Shown: piece after piece, positions 1-9,236 of the stretch
Layout: each line of letters starts with the position of its first letter
Position numbering within the stretch: the stretch's first letter is position 1
NCBI GenBank assembly: GCA_022711495.1
Contig: JAKLEX010000001.1
Span: 23,058-87,057, forward strand
Source: Patescibacteria group bacterium
Lineage (GTDB): Bacteria > Patescibacteriota > Minisyncoccia > Phycocordibacterales > JAACPR01
Direction: 5' to 3'
DNA length: 64,000 nt
The notes under the pieces: model-generated
Database searches by the model: none
What the model was told of the DNA's origin: nothing
The model's input: only the letters and a program-made list of their open reading frames with translations
Position numbers and translations under genes: made by a program

Positions 1-193
1 TGCCTGAATTTTGCTGAATTTTTTTCAACAAGCCCTCGGCTATTTCTCTCGGATTGCCACCGTTTTTCTGCGCTAAAACTAAAGCGACATTGGTAGAATA
101 ATCGCCGTGTTTCAGTTCGGTCGGGTGTTCAACGATAAAATCAACCTCGTCTGGTAGATTTTCCTTGATTAGTTGTTGAATTATTTCTTTCAC
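1..193 (-). CDS. argS: Arginyl-tRNA synthetase, N-terminal fragment; the gene continues beyond the window start
   Basis: The minus-strand translation reads (V/M)KEIIQQLIKENLPDEVDFIVEHPTELKHGDYSTNVALVLAQKNGGNPREIAEGLL. This matches the ArgS N-terminal domain motif (HGDY-S/A-TN-x-A). The probable start is a GTG at 193-191. The ORF is absent from the supplied track because it lacks an ATG. Confidence 0.5.
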   Translation of the reverse strand, partial: MKEIIQQLIKENLPDEVDFIVEHPTELKHGDYSTNVALVLAQKNGGNPREIAEGLLKKIQQNSG

Positions 194-280
194 TACTAAT
201 AGTATAGCAAAAAAGAAAGGGTAAATATTTCCAAGTGACTCCCTATATTAAACGGGAATCCCATATCCCCATATCAAAAC

Positions 281-1456
281 CTATCCAACAGACCATTTAA
301 TCCAATTAGCCTGAAAGGTGGTGGTATCTACCCAGTCGCCGTAGATGGTAGCCATAAAGGGCATTCCGCCTTCATATGGACGTGATTGGGCGAATGGATA
401 AAAATCTGCCCATTTTTTCAACTCTTCGTTTGGCCCCATCACAAATCGTAATCTCGTCTCAATATCGATCAATATCTTTATCTTTTTGTTATCGTCTATT
501 AAGTAAAAGTCCGAACGAGCGGAATTCATTCCGAATGTATTACATTTTATCATTTGTGGGCAGGACTTACCTGTAGAATCTGTACATTCCGATCCGGGAA
601 TCAATTCTAGACGACTACAATCTATTATGAGAGTTGAACTACCCAATGGCGGTAAGACATCTTTAAATTTCATAGTCGAAATTATCTGATCTATAATATC
701 CTCCCCGTTGATTTCATAGATAAAGCTGTCGGTGTATACGACAAAGACGGTCCAGGAGGTTTGGTCAGAAATATTGCTCAGACCCGAATAGACTAACTTG
801 GTTGCCGGTTTGCCCCCTATCATCATGTCGATTTCTTGCTTAAGAATAAGATTGGAAAATTCGGCCAAAATAGATTCGATATCCGCGGTTGATCTCCAAA
901 CATCAATCTTGAAGGACTCGCCATCGCAGCGACCAACAAAATTATCACCAGAAAACAGCGGATCATCTGGTTGCGTAATAACCTCGTCACAAAGTTGGTA
1001 AAAATTATAGAGTCCTGGTGATTTGTGATCATCAACACCATCACGCAATTTCATCATCGACGGATATTTAAATTCAAATCCGTATTTATCATTTACATAA
1101 GTATTCCAGTCACTGGTATCGGCGACGGTTTCATCACTCTCACACTCCTCTTCCCAACTTCTCAAGCATTTGTTTTTGGCTTCACACCAAGTATATCCGG
1201 CTGAACCAATACAGCCGTGTTCATCTCTATCGCCCCCGACAATATTATTGCCACCTTTATTTCCTGAACTTTCGACGGGAGCTGGATTTCTGTCGTATTC
1301 GACTACGGGACCGTCTTGAGTGGGGGCCTCATCTCTGCCATTTACGAGCAAAAACCCCCAATTGTGAAACCAACTGAAAGGGTTCCACCAGGCCGCCGAG
1401 GCAATAATCGGGGTTATCAACAACAAGACAAAGATAACTCGTAAGATATTTTTCAT
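281..1456 (-). CDS. Secreted hypothetical protein with an N-terminal signal peptide and a Cys-rich segment
   Basis: 391-aa ORF. The N-terminus MKNILRVIFVLLLITPIIASA looks like a signal peptide. A CxxxxxxxxCxxxxxC region is present (HGCIGSAGYTWCEAKNKC). I recognise no family. Confidence 0.5.
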   Translation of the reverse strand: MKNILRVIFVLLLITPIIASAAWWNPFSWFHNWGFLLVNGRDEAPTQDGPVVEYDRNPAPVESSGNKGGNNIVGGDRDEHGCIGSAGYTWCEAKNKCLRSWEEECESDETVADTSDWNTYVNDKYGFEFKYPSMMKLRDGVDDHKSPGLYNFYQLCDEVITQPDDPLFSGDNFVGRCDGESFKIDVWRSTADIESILAEFSNLILKQEIDMMIGGKPATKLVYSGLSNISDQTSWTVFVVYTDSFIYEINGEDIIDQIISTMKFKDVLPPLGSSTLIIDCSRLELIPGSECTDSTGKSCPQMIKCNTFGMNSARSDFYLIDDNKKIKILIDIETRLRFVMGPNEELKKWADFYPFAQSRPYEGGMPFMATIYGDWVDTTTFQANWIKWSVG

Positions 1457-1503
1457 ATTGAAGAATCATAACAAAAAAATAGGAAAACAGCCTAAGTTCC
1501 TTC

Positions 1504-2250
1504 TTACAAAATCCCCTTCTTTTTAAGAAGAGCGACGATATCTTGATGAATCTCCTGGGGTGGACGGACACCAATCTCCGAATCGTCAGAGCAGTCAATA
1601 ACGTGCCAGCCATATTTTTTGGCGGCCCACAAATATCTGCTGGATGATTTTTTCATAAAACTCAAACTGTCTTCATGGATATCCCTCTGAAGCCCGTGGG
1701 TATAAGTTCGCGCAGCTTTTTGATTTATTAATTTCTGGCTGACTTCTGGCTTGATATACAGACAAATAACAAAATCCGGACGCGGAATATGCAAAAAATC
1801 ATACTCTAGCTCCGTCAACCAATTAAGAAAAATCACGCGCCCCTCATCGTCATCAATTTTCGCCGCCTGATGCCCGATATTTGATGTCGTATATCGGTTG
1901 CTGACGACGACATATCCTTGATCAAGCCACTTTTTCAACTCAAATGATTGATCAAAACGATCTAGCGCGTAAAAAAGAGAAGCTTTTCTTGGGCCGACTT
2001 CTTTAACCCCGCCATACTCGCCGCGCAAATATTTCTCCACGAAATAAGCCGAAGCGTGACCATACCTAGGATAATCTAAAACTTGATACGGAATTTTATT
2101 TCCGATTAAATATGTCGCTAGTAATTGCATTTGCGTTCCCTTACCAGCTCCGTCAATGCCATCAATAACGATTAATACGCCCTTTTTTCTCTTGATCCAT
2201 TCGCCGGTTGTTTTTTTGGCGGCTATTTTTTTATTTTTTGAGGATTTCAT
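1504..2250 (-). CDS. tmk: Thymidylate kinase (dTMP kinase)
   Basis: It has the P-loop IVIDGIDGAGKGTQ and a DRY/DRF-like motif (ALDRF). Its length and architecture are typical of Tmk. Confidence 0.9.
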   Translation of the reverse strand: MKSSKNKKIAAKKTTGEWIKRKKGVLIVIDGIDGAGKGTQMQLLATYLIGNKIPYQVLDYPRYGHASAYFVEKYLRGEYGGVKEVGPRKASLFYALDRFDQSFELKKWLDQGYVVVSNRYTTSNIGHQAAKIDDDEGRVIFLNWLTELEYDFLHIPRPDFVICLYIKPEVSQKLINQKAARTYTHGLQRDIHEDSLSFMKKSSSRYLWAAKKYGWHVIDCSDDSEIGVRPPQEIHQDIVALLKKKGIL

Positions 2251-3475
2251 CTATTTTTTTTGCTATTTTCTTAAAATCTTTCTCACTTTTCCCGCGAGTT
2301 GTTTCGGCGGCGGAACCCAGACGAATTCCCGACGGATCAAACGGCGATCTCTTATCAAAAGGAACAGTGTTTTTGTTGACAATGATTCCGGACCTCTCTA
2401 AACGACTCTCGGCTTCTTTGCCGGTCAATCCACCAGCGCCTTTTTCATTTTTCAATCCGCCGTTCCAGACATCAACTAAAACCAAGTGGCTGTCTGTTCC
2501 GCCGGAGACAATTCGCCAACCTTGCCTTGCCAATTCCGTGGCTAAAATATTGGCGTTTTTAACAACTTGCTTGGCGTATTTTTTGAAAGCCGGCGACGCG
2601 GCTTCAGCCAAAGCCACTGCTACCGCGGCAATCTGATTGTTATGCGGACCGCCCTGCAATCCCGGAAAGACAGCTTTGTCAATTTTTTTCGGAAGTTCTC
2701 GTTCATCAATTCGATTGAAAATTAAAGCGGCTCTCGGCCCTCGCAAAGTTTTGTGGGTTGTCGTGGTGATCACGTCAGCATATTCAAACGGCGAAGGATA
2801 AACTTTCCCAGCGATCAGTCCGGCAATATGCGACATGTCCACCATCAAAATCGCGCCGCAAGAATCGGCCACTTCACGCATCTTTTTCCAATCAACTTTT
2901 CTCGGATAAGCCGTGTAACCAGAAACAATCAGATCGGGTTTTTCTCTTTGCGCCAATTCTTTCAAATCAGAATAGTTTATCGTCTCGGTTTTCGGATCAA
3001 CTCCATATAAAACCGAATCCCAGAATTTTCCCGTGGCTGAAACTTTTTGTCCGTGAGTTAAATGTCCGCCCTGATCCAGTGACATGCCCATGATTTTTCC
3101 GCGGAATTTTATTTTTCCATCAGACATTGTTCCACCAAGTGGCACTAAAGCAAGATAAACCGCCAGATTTGCCGGTGAACCGGAAAGTAGCTGGACATTC
3201 ACCGCCCATTTATTTTTGTCCAGTCCAAAAAGTTTAAGGGCTCGCTTCTGGCAAAGTTCTTCAATCTCATCAACGACAGAATTACCGCCATAATATCTTT
3301 TGCGCGGATAACCTTCGGAATATTTATTAGTCAAAACCGAGCCGAGGGCGGATAAAACATCTTTTGAAACGTAATTTTCGGAAGCGATTAAGTTGATGAC
3401 AGATTTCTGGCGCGTTGCCTCTTTTTTGAGAAGGTTGTTGATCTGGCGATCTTTCATTAAGATGAATTCTATCAC
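2231..3475 (-). CDS. glyA: Serine hydroxymethyltransferase
   Basis: 414 aa with LIASENYVS, YSEGYPRKRYYGG and the PLP-lysine region TTTTHKTLRGPR. These are canonical SHMT motifs. Confidence 0.95.
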   Translation of the reverse strand: MIEFILMKDRQINNLLKKEATRQKSVINLIASENYVSKDVLSALGSVLTNKYSEGYPRKRYYGGNSVVDEIEELCQKRALKLFGLDKNKWAVNVQLLSGSPANLAVYLALVPLGGTMSDGKIKFRGKIMGMSLDQGGHLTHGQKVSATGKFWDSVLYGVDPKTETINYSDLKELAQREKPDLIVSGYTAYPRKVDWKKMREVADSCGAILMVDMSHIAGLIAGKVYPSPFEYADVITTTTHKTLRGPRAALIFNRIDERELPKKIDKAVFPGLQGGPHNNQIAAVAVALAEAASPAFKKYAKQVVKNANILATELARQGWRIVSGGTDSHLVLVDVWNGGLKNEKGAGGLTGKEAESRLERSGIIVNKNTVPFDKRSPFDPSGIRLGSAAETTRGKSEKDFKKIAKKIDEILKK

Positions 3476-3502
3476 GACCAGACAAGTCGGCGAGAAAAAT
3501 TC

Positions 3503-3979
3503 TCATCTTCTAAACTCTTCTTCGCTTGTGTCAAGGAGATAAACATCTCTAATGCCCGCCCCGATCATCTTGTCCCAGCAAGGTTTGCAAGACCACCAGT
3601 GTCCCCACAGATATAGATCGGCACAATCTGGATTATGGCCGTTTTTTAGGGCGTCTTTTATCGCTCTTTGCTCGCTATGATCGGAAAATCTGGCGCATCC
3701 TGGACAGAGCCAATACTTGGTCCCCGTCTCTACCCTGAGCAGACGTCTGATACACAGTCCCTTCTTATGAAGCCAGTTTAATGGCCGAATATGGCCCAAT
3801 GGGGCCCGATTAGCGGCCCTTCCGATGATTCTCCCGTCTTTTACCACGACGGAACCGGTCGGCTGACCGAGATCATTAGATTCCGTCAGTGCCGTTTTCT
3901 TGGCTAAAGCCATAAATTCATTGGTAATCGGCACATACAAAAACTGCCGACCTTTCGGTAAATACGGATATTCCTTCAT
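3503..3979 (-). CDS. dCMP (deoxycytidylate) deaminase, CMP/dCMP deaminase zinc-binding family
   Basis: It has an H-(S/A)-E zinc-ligand motif (HSEQRAI) and a PCxxC motif (KPCWDKM). At 158 aa it fits ComEB-like dCMP deaminases. Confidence 0.8.
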   Translation of the reverse strand: MKEYPYLPKGRQFLYVPITNEFMALAKKTALTESNDLGQPTGSVVVKDGRIIGRAANRAPLGHIRPLNWLHKKGLCIRRLLRVETGTKYWLCPGCARFSDHSEQRAIKDALKNGHNPDCADLYLWGHWWSCKPCWDKMIGAGIRDVYLLDTSEEEFRR

Positions 3980-4032
3980 GGCTTTTATTATACAAGATTT
4001 TGAATACTTTTTAATGTTATAATTCCACTGTC

Positions 4033-4869
4033 ATGACAAAGTTTGATCAAATTTATCAGAGAATCCTCAAGGATATAATGACAAATGGGATCAAAGAATA
4101 TTCGGAACGAACCAAACTGGAATGCACTGTTTTGCCGGGCGTTCACTTCTCCATAGATCCAGAAAAGGACGGCTTTCCTCTCCAAACTTTGCGAAAGATT
4201 CCTCTCAAATCAGTAATCGCCGAACAGATTTGGTTTTTAAGCGGAGCCCGGAAACCCGAAGATTTTTTACGTGACTACACAAAAATCTGGGACGCCTTTA
4301 CCAACCCAGGAGACGTCGTAACCGTCGCTTACGGCTATCGCTGGAGAAAACATTTTGGACGCGACCAAATCGGCGCGCTGATTAAACTTCTGCAAAAAGA
4401 GCCGAGTTCGCGACAGGGAGTCGTCGTGACTTGGGATCCTGGACAAGATGGTTTGGGCGCCGCCAAAAAAGCCAACGTCCCCTGCCCTTACACTTTCACC
4501 GTCAATATCATCGGCGGTAAATTACATTTGCATAACATGGTTCGCTCAAACGACATGATGCTTGGCTTTCCATTTGATGTCGCCGGTTTTTGTTTGCTTC
4601 AATATATTTTGGCACAAAAATTGGGAGTTGGCGTTGGAATTTATTCTCACTCTATTTCCAACGCCCATGTTTATGAAAATCATTACGAGGGAGCACGAGA
4701 AATTTTGAAGAGAGAAAATGATCATCCGCCAATAAAATTGATTTTGCCGAAAAATAGTCTGGCTCGTGCTGAAAAAAAAGATAAAAAGCTTCTTGACGAA
4801 ATATTTGATATCCTTAATAAACAATATCACCCACTTGAAAATATTGGCGGCTTAAAAATAGCAAAATAA
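4033..4869 (+). CDS. thyA: Thymidylate synthase (ThyA family)
   Basis: It has RSNDMMLGFPFDVAGFCLLQYILAQ (compare RSxDxxLGxPFNIASYALL in ThyA). A catalytic-Cys-like region is present (VPCPYTF), along with Arg/Trp motifs (YGYRWR). Confidence 0.85.
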   Translation: MTKFDQIYQRILKDIMTNGIKEYSERTKLECTVLPGVHFSIDPEKDGFPLQTLRKIPLKSVIAEQIWFLSGARKPEDFLRDYTKIWDAFTNPGDVVTVAYGYRWRKHFGRDQIGALIKLLQKEPSSRQGVVVTWDPGQDGLGAAKKANVPCPYTFTVNIIGGKLHLHNMVRSNDMMLGFPFDVAGFCLLQYILAQKLGVGVGIYSHSISNAHVYENHYEGAREILKRENDHPPIKLILPKNSLARAEKKDKKLLDEIFDILNKQYHPLENIGGLKIAK

Positions 4870-4871
4870 AT

Positions 4872-5546
4872 ATGTCAGTTTTAACAAGCAAACAAATATT
4901 GGAAAGAATCAAAAAAGGCGACATTGTTTTCAAGCCGGCGCTGGATTCCTTTCAATTGCAGGCGCACGCGGTTGATTTGCGGTTGGGCTATACTTTCATG
5001 ATTCCGAAAAGCTGGCACCTAACGGAAAATGGTCGTGAATCTCTGAGGGTGGACCATTTGAACAGCGAAAATGTTTCTAATTTATATGAGGTGGTTGAAC
5101 TTGAAAAGGGCCAATATTTTGAACTTTTACCGGAGGAACATGTCCTGGCGGCGACTCTTGAATCAATAAAATGGCCAAGCGATTTAATGTCAGTGCTTTA
5201 CCCAAAATCTTCAACCAATCGACGCGGATTGGCCGTAGATTTAACCGGAATTGTTGACGCCGGTTTTGAAGGACAATTGATTATTCCGATTAGAAACAAC
5301 ACCAGCGCTCATGCCATTCGGCTTTATCCCGGTGAAAGATTTTGCCAAATAACTTTTCACGAATTGTACGAACCGGCACGAAAACCAAACGGAACTTATC
5401 ATCAGAAAGATGTCGTTGAGGGCTTTATCTTGAACAAAAAATATAAAGACTATGATATGATCAAGAAAGGACAGATCTTGGAAATGAAGGAGAAATTTAA
5501 AATAGAAGTCAACGAGGGAGTCAAAGATGACAAAGACAAAAAATAG
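4872..5546 (+). CDS. dcd: dCTP deaminase (dUTPase superfamily)
   Basis: The N-terminus MSVLTSKQILERIKKGDIVFKPALDSFQLQAHAVDLRLG matches the Dcd N-terminal consensus. It sits directly between thyA and folA. Confidence 0.7.
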   Translation: MSVLTSKQILERIKKGDIVFKPALDSFQLQAHAVDLRLGYTFMIPKSWHLTENGRESLRVDHLNSENVSNLYEVVELEKGQYFELLPEEHVLAATLESIKWPSDLMSVLYPKSSTNRRGLAVDLTGIVDAGFEGQLIIPIRNNTSAHAIRLYPGERFCQITFHELYEPARKPNGTYHQKDVVEGFILNKKYKDYDMIKKGQILEMKEKFKIEVNEGVKDDKDKK

Positions 5547-6060
5547 TGCGCGAATTAGTCTAATCGCCGCCATAGCAAGAGGCACTCGTACCGTCGGTAA
5601 AGAAGGCGGCGGTATACCTTGGCATATCAAAGAAGATTTCAGGGATTTTAAAGAAAAGACAATGGGACACCCATTGATTTTCGGACGAAAAACTTGGGAA
5701 GAATTTGGTGGAAGGCCGCTTCCGGGACGAACGCACATAATTGTGACTAAGGACACGGGATATGAGGTTCCAGAAGGACACTTTGTCTGTGATTCGGTTG
5801 AATCGGCCATAGAAAAAGCGCAAGAAATAGAAGAAGCGCAAAATTCTAACGGCGGAGAAATTTTTGTCGCCGGCGGCGCACAGATTTATGCGGCCGCCAT
5901 AAAACACGCCGACCGAGTTTATCTGACCGTGGTTGATGTTGATATGGACGGTCCGACAAAATTCCCTGACTACACCGCCGAGGGCTTCACAAAAGTAGTC
6001 TCCAGTCGAAAATCAAGCGACGAAAACTACTCGTACGAATTCTTGGTTTTGGAAAAATAA
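5527..6060 (+). CDS. folA: Dihydrofolate reductase
   Basis: ISLIAAIA...GGIPWHIKEDFRDFKEKTMGHPLIFGRKTWE...RPLPGRTHIIVT is the classic DHFR signature (IGxxxxLPWxLPxDLxxFKxxT, GRKT, RPLPGR). Confidence 0.9.
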   Translation: MTKTKNSARISLIAAIARGTRTVGKEGGGIPWHIKEDFRDFKEKTMGHPLIFGRKTWEEFGGRPLPGRTHIIVTKDTGYEVPEGHFVCDSVESAIEKAQEIEEAQNSNGGEIFVAGGAQIYAAAIKHADRVYLTVVDVDMDGPTKFPDYTAEGFTKVVSSRKSSDENYSYEFLVLEK

Positions 6061-6097
6061 AAACACTTTTTGAGATTACTTCAAAAAAGTGTTTTTT
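6061..6097. terminator. Bidirectional rho-independent terminator between convergent folA and rplK
   Basis: A perfect inverted repeat aaacacttttttga...tcaaaaaagtgttt is followed by T-runs on both strands. Confidence 0.6.
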
Positions 6098-6105
6098 ATT
6101 TGTCC

Positions 6106-6528
6106 TTACTTCACCTCTACGCCCATTGAGCGACAACTGCCTTCAATTATTTTCATGGCCGCCTCAACTGAATTAGCATTCAAATCAGCCATTTTCTTTT
6201 GGGCAATTTCTTTGATTTGGGCCTTGGTAATTGTGCCGGCTTTTTGTGTTTTATTGGCGCCAGAGCCTTTGTCTTTACCAATGGCTTTTAAAATAAGAGC
6301 CGTGGCCGGAGCAGTTTTGTATTCCAATTTGAAACTGCGATCTTCAAAGACCGTGATAATCGTCGGAACAACTTCTCCCATTCTGTCCTTAGTTTCAGTA
6401 TTGAACTTGTTGATGAATTCGCCAATGTTGATTCCGGCCTGACCAAGAGTCGGACCCAAAGGAGGCGCTGGTTTAGCTTGCCCGCCGACCGCTTGAACTT
6501 TTATTACTTTTGAAATTTTTTTCGCCAT
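6106..6528 (-). CDS. rplK: 50S ribosomal protein L11
   Basis: MAKKISKVIKVQAVGGQAKPAPPLGPTLGQAGINIGEFINKFN is canonical L11. Confidence 0.95.
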   Translation of the reverse strand: MAKKISKVIKVQAVGGQAKPAPPLGPTLGQAGINIGEFINKFNTETKDRMGEVVPTIITVFEDRSFKLEYKTAPATALILKAIGKDKGSGANKTQKAGTITKAQIKEIAQKKMADLNANSVEAAMKIIEGSCRSMGVEVK

Positions 6529-6564
6529 AATTTTTCGTCCTAAATTAGTGTCTGGGATATTAGC

Positions 6565-7110
6565 TTAAATTTTCTTAACTTGCAAGAAATCAAGCTCAAC
6601 CGGCGTTTCGCGGCCGAACATGGAAACGTTGACCTTGATTTTCCCGCGAGTTTCGTCAATCTCTTCAACTCGTCCCTCCAATTCCTTAAACGGTCCCTCA
6701 ACAACGATGATAACGTCGCCAACCATCAAATCAATTTTGTGTTTAGCCGTATCGGTTTTCATGCGGTTGAACAAGTCTTCAACTTCTTTCTTAGAAAGAG
6801 GGACCGGATAGACGCCAGACCCAACAAAACCAGTGACTCGCGGAGTATTTCTGACCACATACCAGGAATCGTCGGTCACAATCATATCAACCAGAACATA
6901 TCCGGGATAAATTTTTTCCTCAACTTCCACTCGTTTATTGCCTTTTATCCTGATTTTTTTCTCGGTAGGGACAAGAACATTAAAGATTCTGTCCCCCATG
7001 GCCAAAGATTCTATTCGCTGGGCCAAGTTTTTAGCAACGGCGTTTTCATAGCCAGCATAAGTATGAATGGCATACCAGTTGCGTTCACGTGTTGGTTGTT
7101 GTTTTGACAT
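6565..7110 (-). CDS. nusG: Transcription termination/antitermination factor NusG
   Basis: It has an NGN domain (WYAIHTYAGYENAVAKNL) and a C-terminal KOW motif (GDVIIVVEGPFKELEGRVEEID). It lies between secE and rplK, as is usual. Confidence 0.95.
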   Translation of the reverse strand: MSKQQPTRERNWYAIHTYAGYENAVAKNLAQRIESLAMGDRIFNVLVPTEKKIRIKGNKRVEVEEKIYPGYVLVDMIVTDDSWYVVRNTPRVTGFVGSGVYPVPLSKKEVEDLFNRMKTDTAKHKIDLMVGDVIIVVEGPFKELEGRVEEIDETRGKIKVNVSMFGRETPVELDFLQVKKI

Positions 7111-7113
7111 ATT

Positions 7114-7296
7114 TTACGAAACAAAGAAGTTCTTAATAATGTTAACGAAAGCAAAATCAAAAAAGCCCAAATAAAGTGAAACAGCGACAGAGATAATTAT
7201 CACCAAAGCCGTGTAAACTATTGTCTGCTTTCTTGACGGCCAGCTGACATGCTTCAATTCGCTTGTCGTCTCCTTGAAAAAATTCATTAATCCCAT
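7114..7296 (-). CDS. secE: Preprotein translocase subunit SecE
   Basis: A 60-aa single-TM protein (FFKETTSELKHVSWPSRKQTIVYTALVIII) sits immediately upstream of nusG. Confidence 0.8.
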   Translation of the reverse strand: MGLMNFFKETTSELKHVSWPSRKQTIVYTALVIIISVAVSLYLGFFDFAFVNIIKNFFVS

Positions 7297-7321
7297 AATG
7301 TTGTTTGGTTATTTAAAAAAG

Positions 7322-7372
7322 CCCCTTTCAGGGCGGTGATTCTTATGCTATCACCAGGGGCTTTTTTAGTCA
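7322..7372. terminator. Rho-independent terminator hairpin, readable on both strands; 3' of the SIMPL gene
   Basis: aaaaagcccctttcagggcggtgattcttatgctatcaccaggggctttttt is a GC-rich stem flanked by A/T runs. Confidence 0.55.
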
Positions 7373-7384
7373 AGCGATGTAACG

Positions 7385-8173
7385 CTACTTTATTTCGTAA
7401 TCAACGTGAACTGTATAAGTTATTTTCTGTTCTCCAACCGGGATATCTGGAGAGGCTACTGATTTGGCGCCCATTCCGCCCGCTTCTTCATAGCCGTAAT
7501 CATACATCGGGTAACTGCCGGAATCTTCATAGAAGCCGACAACTCTAACCAGTCTGACACCGAGACTTTCTGCCAATTCTTTTGCCTTTGCTTGAGCATC
7601 TTCAATCGCCAACTTTTTAGCTTGTTCTTCCAAAGCATCGCGATCGTCAGAAGTGAAACTTAGTCCACTGACATTAGAAATTCCCAGTGATCCTATACCG
7701 GACAAAAGGTCTCCGGCCTTAGAGGTGTCTCGGACTTTTACCGTAACGGTTTGGCTGACTTCATAGCCGATGATCTCTTCATATCCGCCCGGACAATAAT
7801 AATCGCTACAAACTTCGGAAATCCAACGAGTTTTCGGATAGATGTTATAGCTTGAAGTCTCCAAGTCCTTTTCCTCAACTCCGTTATCCTTCAAATATTT
7901 TAAAGCTTTGTTAGTTTTTTCGGAAGCCGCCGACTGAGCTAACTCAACATTTTCTGACGCTTCGGTAATAGAAAAGTTGAAAGTCGCTATATCCGGAACA
8001 GCCACAACCTCGCCTTCTCCCGCGATAGAAATGCTTGAATAAAAATCATCATCAAAAGAATCAATGGTGATGCTGACTAGATATACCGATAAAAGTATGG
8101 CCACAATCAAAACCGCTACAACCACCCACCCAAAAGCATACTGCCAATTCTCAAATATTTTCTTAAGATTCAT
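7385..8173 (-). CDS. SIMPL/DUF541 family periplasmic protein (YggE-like), membrane-anchored
   Basis: It has an N-terminal TM segment. The domain's length and organisation match SIMPL-domain proteins (e.g. KALKYLKDNGVEEKDLETSSYNIYP ... EQAKKLAIEDAQAKAKELAESLGV). Confidence 0.65.
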   Translation of the reverse strand: MNLKKIFENWQYAFGWVVVAVLIVAILLSVYLVSITIDSFDDDFYSSISIAGEGEVVAVPDIATFNFSITEASENVELAQSAASEKTNKALKYLKDNGVEEKDLETSSYNIYPKTRWISEVCSDYYCPGGYEEIIGYEVSQTVTVKVRDTSKAGDLLSGIGSLGISNVSGLSFTSDDRDALEEQAKKLAIEDAQAKAKELAESLGVRLVRVVGFYEDSGSYPMYDYGYEEAGGMGAKSVASPDIPVGEQKITYTVHVDYEIK

Positions 8174-8208
8174 GTTATTAAATTACCCGATAATAATGCT
8201 AGATTATA

Positions 8209-9039
8209 TCACCCGCGCCTTTTACAAGCACGAAACAGATTTTGGAAAAGACAGGCCACGGTCATCGGCCCAACCCCACCAAGAGCCGGCGCCAGCGCGG
8301 CAACTTCTAGGCCAACAGTTTTGATGTCGCCAACGATCTTCCCGTCTTTATCGCGGGAAATACCGACATTGATCACAGTTTGTTTTTTGTTAAAAAAGCT
8401 CTTGTCTAAAAATTCCGGTTTACCAACAGCGGAGATAACAATGTCGGCCGTACGCAGAATTTCTTTGAGATTTTTAGTGCGACTGTGACAAATCATTACC
8501 GTCGCGTCCAAATTCAGAAACTGCGCCGCCGTCGGCCGCCCCACTAAATTTGAACGCCCCACGATCGCCACCTTTTTGCCGACAATAGGAACCTTATAAA
8601 ACTTCAACAATTCAATAATGCCCTGCGTCGTAGCCGGGATCATACCATCTTTATCGCCGCGGAATAGTTTTGAAATATTTAAGCCGGTTAATCCGTCAAC
8701 ATCTTTGGCCGGATCAATGGAGTCAATTATTTTGTTTCTGTCCAATCTGCCCGGCAGAGGGAGTTGAACGATAATTCCGTGAACTTTTTCATCGGCATTT
8801 ATTTTTTTGATAACCGAGACGATTTCCGTTTGCCGAGCATCGGCGCCGAATCGGAGAACTTCGGCACGTGCGCCGATGGTTTCGGCGAATTTGATCTTTT
8901 GAGCAATATAAATATTTGAGGCTCCGTTATCGCCGACTTGAATAATCTTCAGCGTCGGTTGGCTTTTCAAAATTTTAGATTCTCTAAGGAGAGATCGCCG
9001 GATCTTTTCATTTACTTTTTTACCATCAAGAATCTTCAT
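8209..9039 (-). CDS. folD: Bifunctional methylene-THF dehydrogenase/methenyl-THF cyclohydrolase
   Basis: MKILDGKKV...HGIIVQLPLP...IDPAKDVDGL...GRSNLVGRP...GGVGPMTVA are FolD hallmarks. Confidence 0.9.
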   Translation of the reverse strand: MKILDGKKVNEKIRRSLLRESKILKSQPTLKIIQVGDNGASNIYIAQKIKFAETIGARAEVLRFGADARQTEIVSVIKKINADEKVHGIIVQLPLPGRLDRNKIIDSIDPAKDVDGLTGLNISKLFRGDKDGMIPATTQGIIELLKFYKVPIVGKKVAIVGRSNLVGRPTAAQFLNLDATVMICHSRTKNLKEILRTADIVISAVGKPEFLDKSFFNKKQTVINVGISRDKDGKIVGDIKTVGLEVAALAPALGGVGPMTVACLFQNLFRACKRRG

Positions 9040-9042
9040 TAA

Positions 9043-9219
9043 GAAATGTAGAACATTATCACCGCCAACAAGAGCCCGAGAACGAAATAATCAACGAGTT
9101 TTTTAACTTTGTCATATTCGCTAAGCGCCCGATTTAGATTACGTTTTATTTCGTCGCCCTCGCTAGCCACGTTTCCGTGGGGATGAGTTTTAACAATTTT
9201 TCGTTCTACTTCTTCCATT
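9043..9219 (-). CDS. Small hypothetical protein (58 aa) with a C-terminal hydrophobic tail
   Basis: This minus-strand ORF (MEEVERKIVKTHPHGNVASEGDEIKRNLNRALSEYDKVKKLVDYFVLGLLLAVIMFYIS) fills the folD-dsbA gap. It is below the track's length cutoff and has no family assignment. Confidence 0.25.
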
Positions 9220-9236
9220 CGCTAAATTATAGCAAA

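Noticed and set aside
6089-7107. Plus-strand ORFs of 117 and 175 aa overlapping rplK and nusG
   Set aside because: They lie antisense to two unambiguous, highly conserved genes. They are shadow ORFs with no recognisable protein features.
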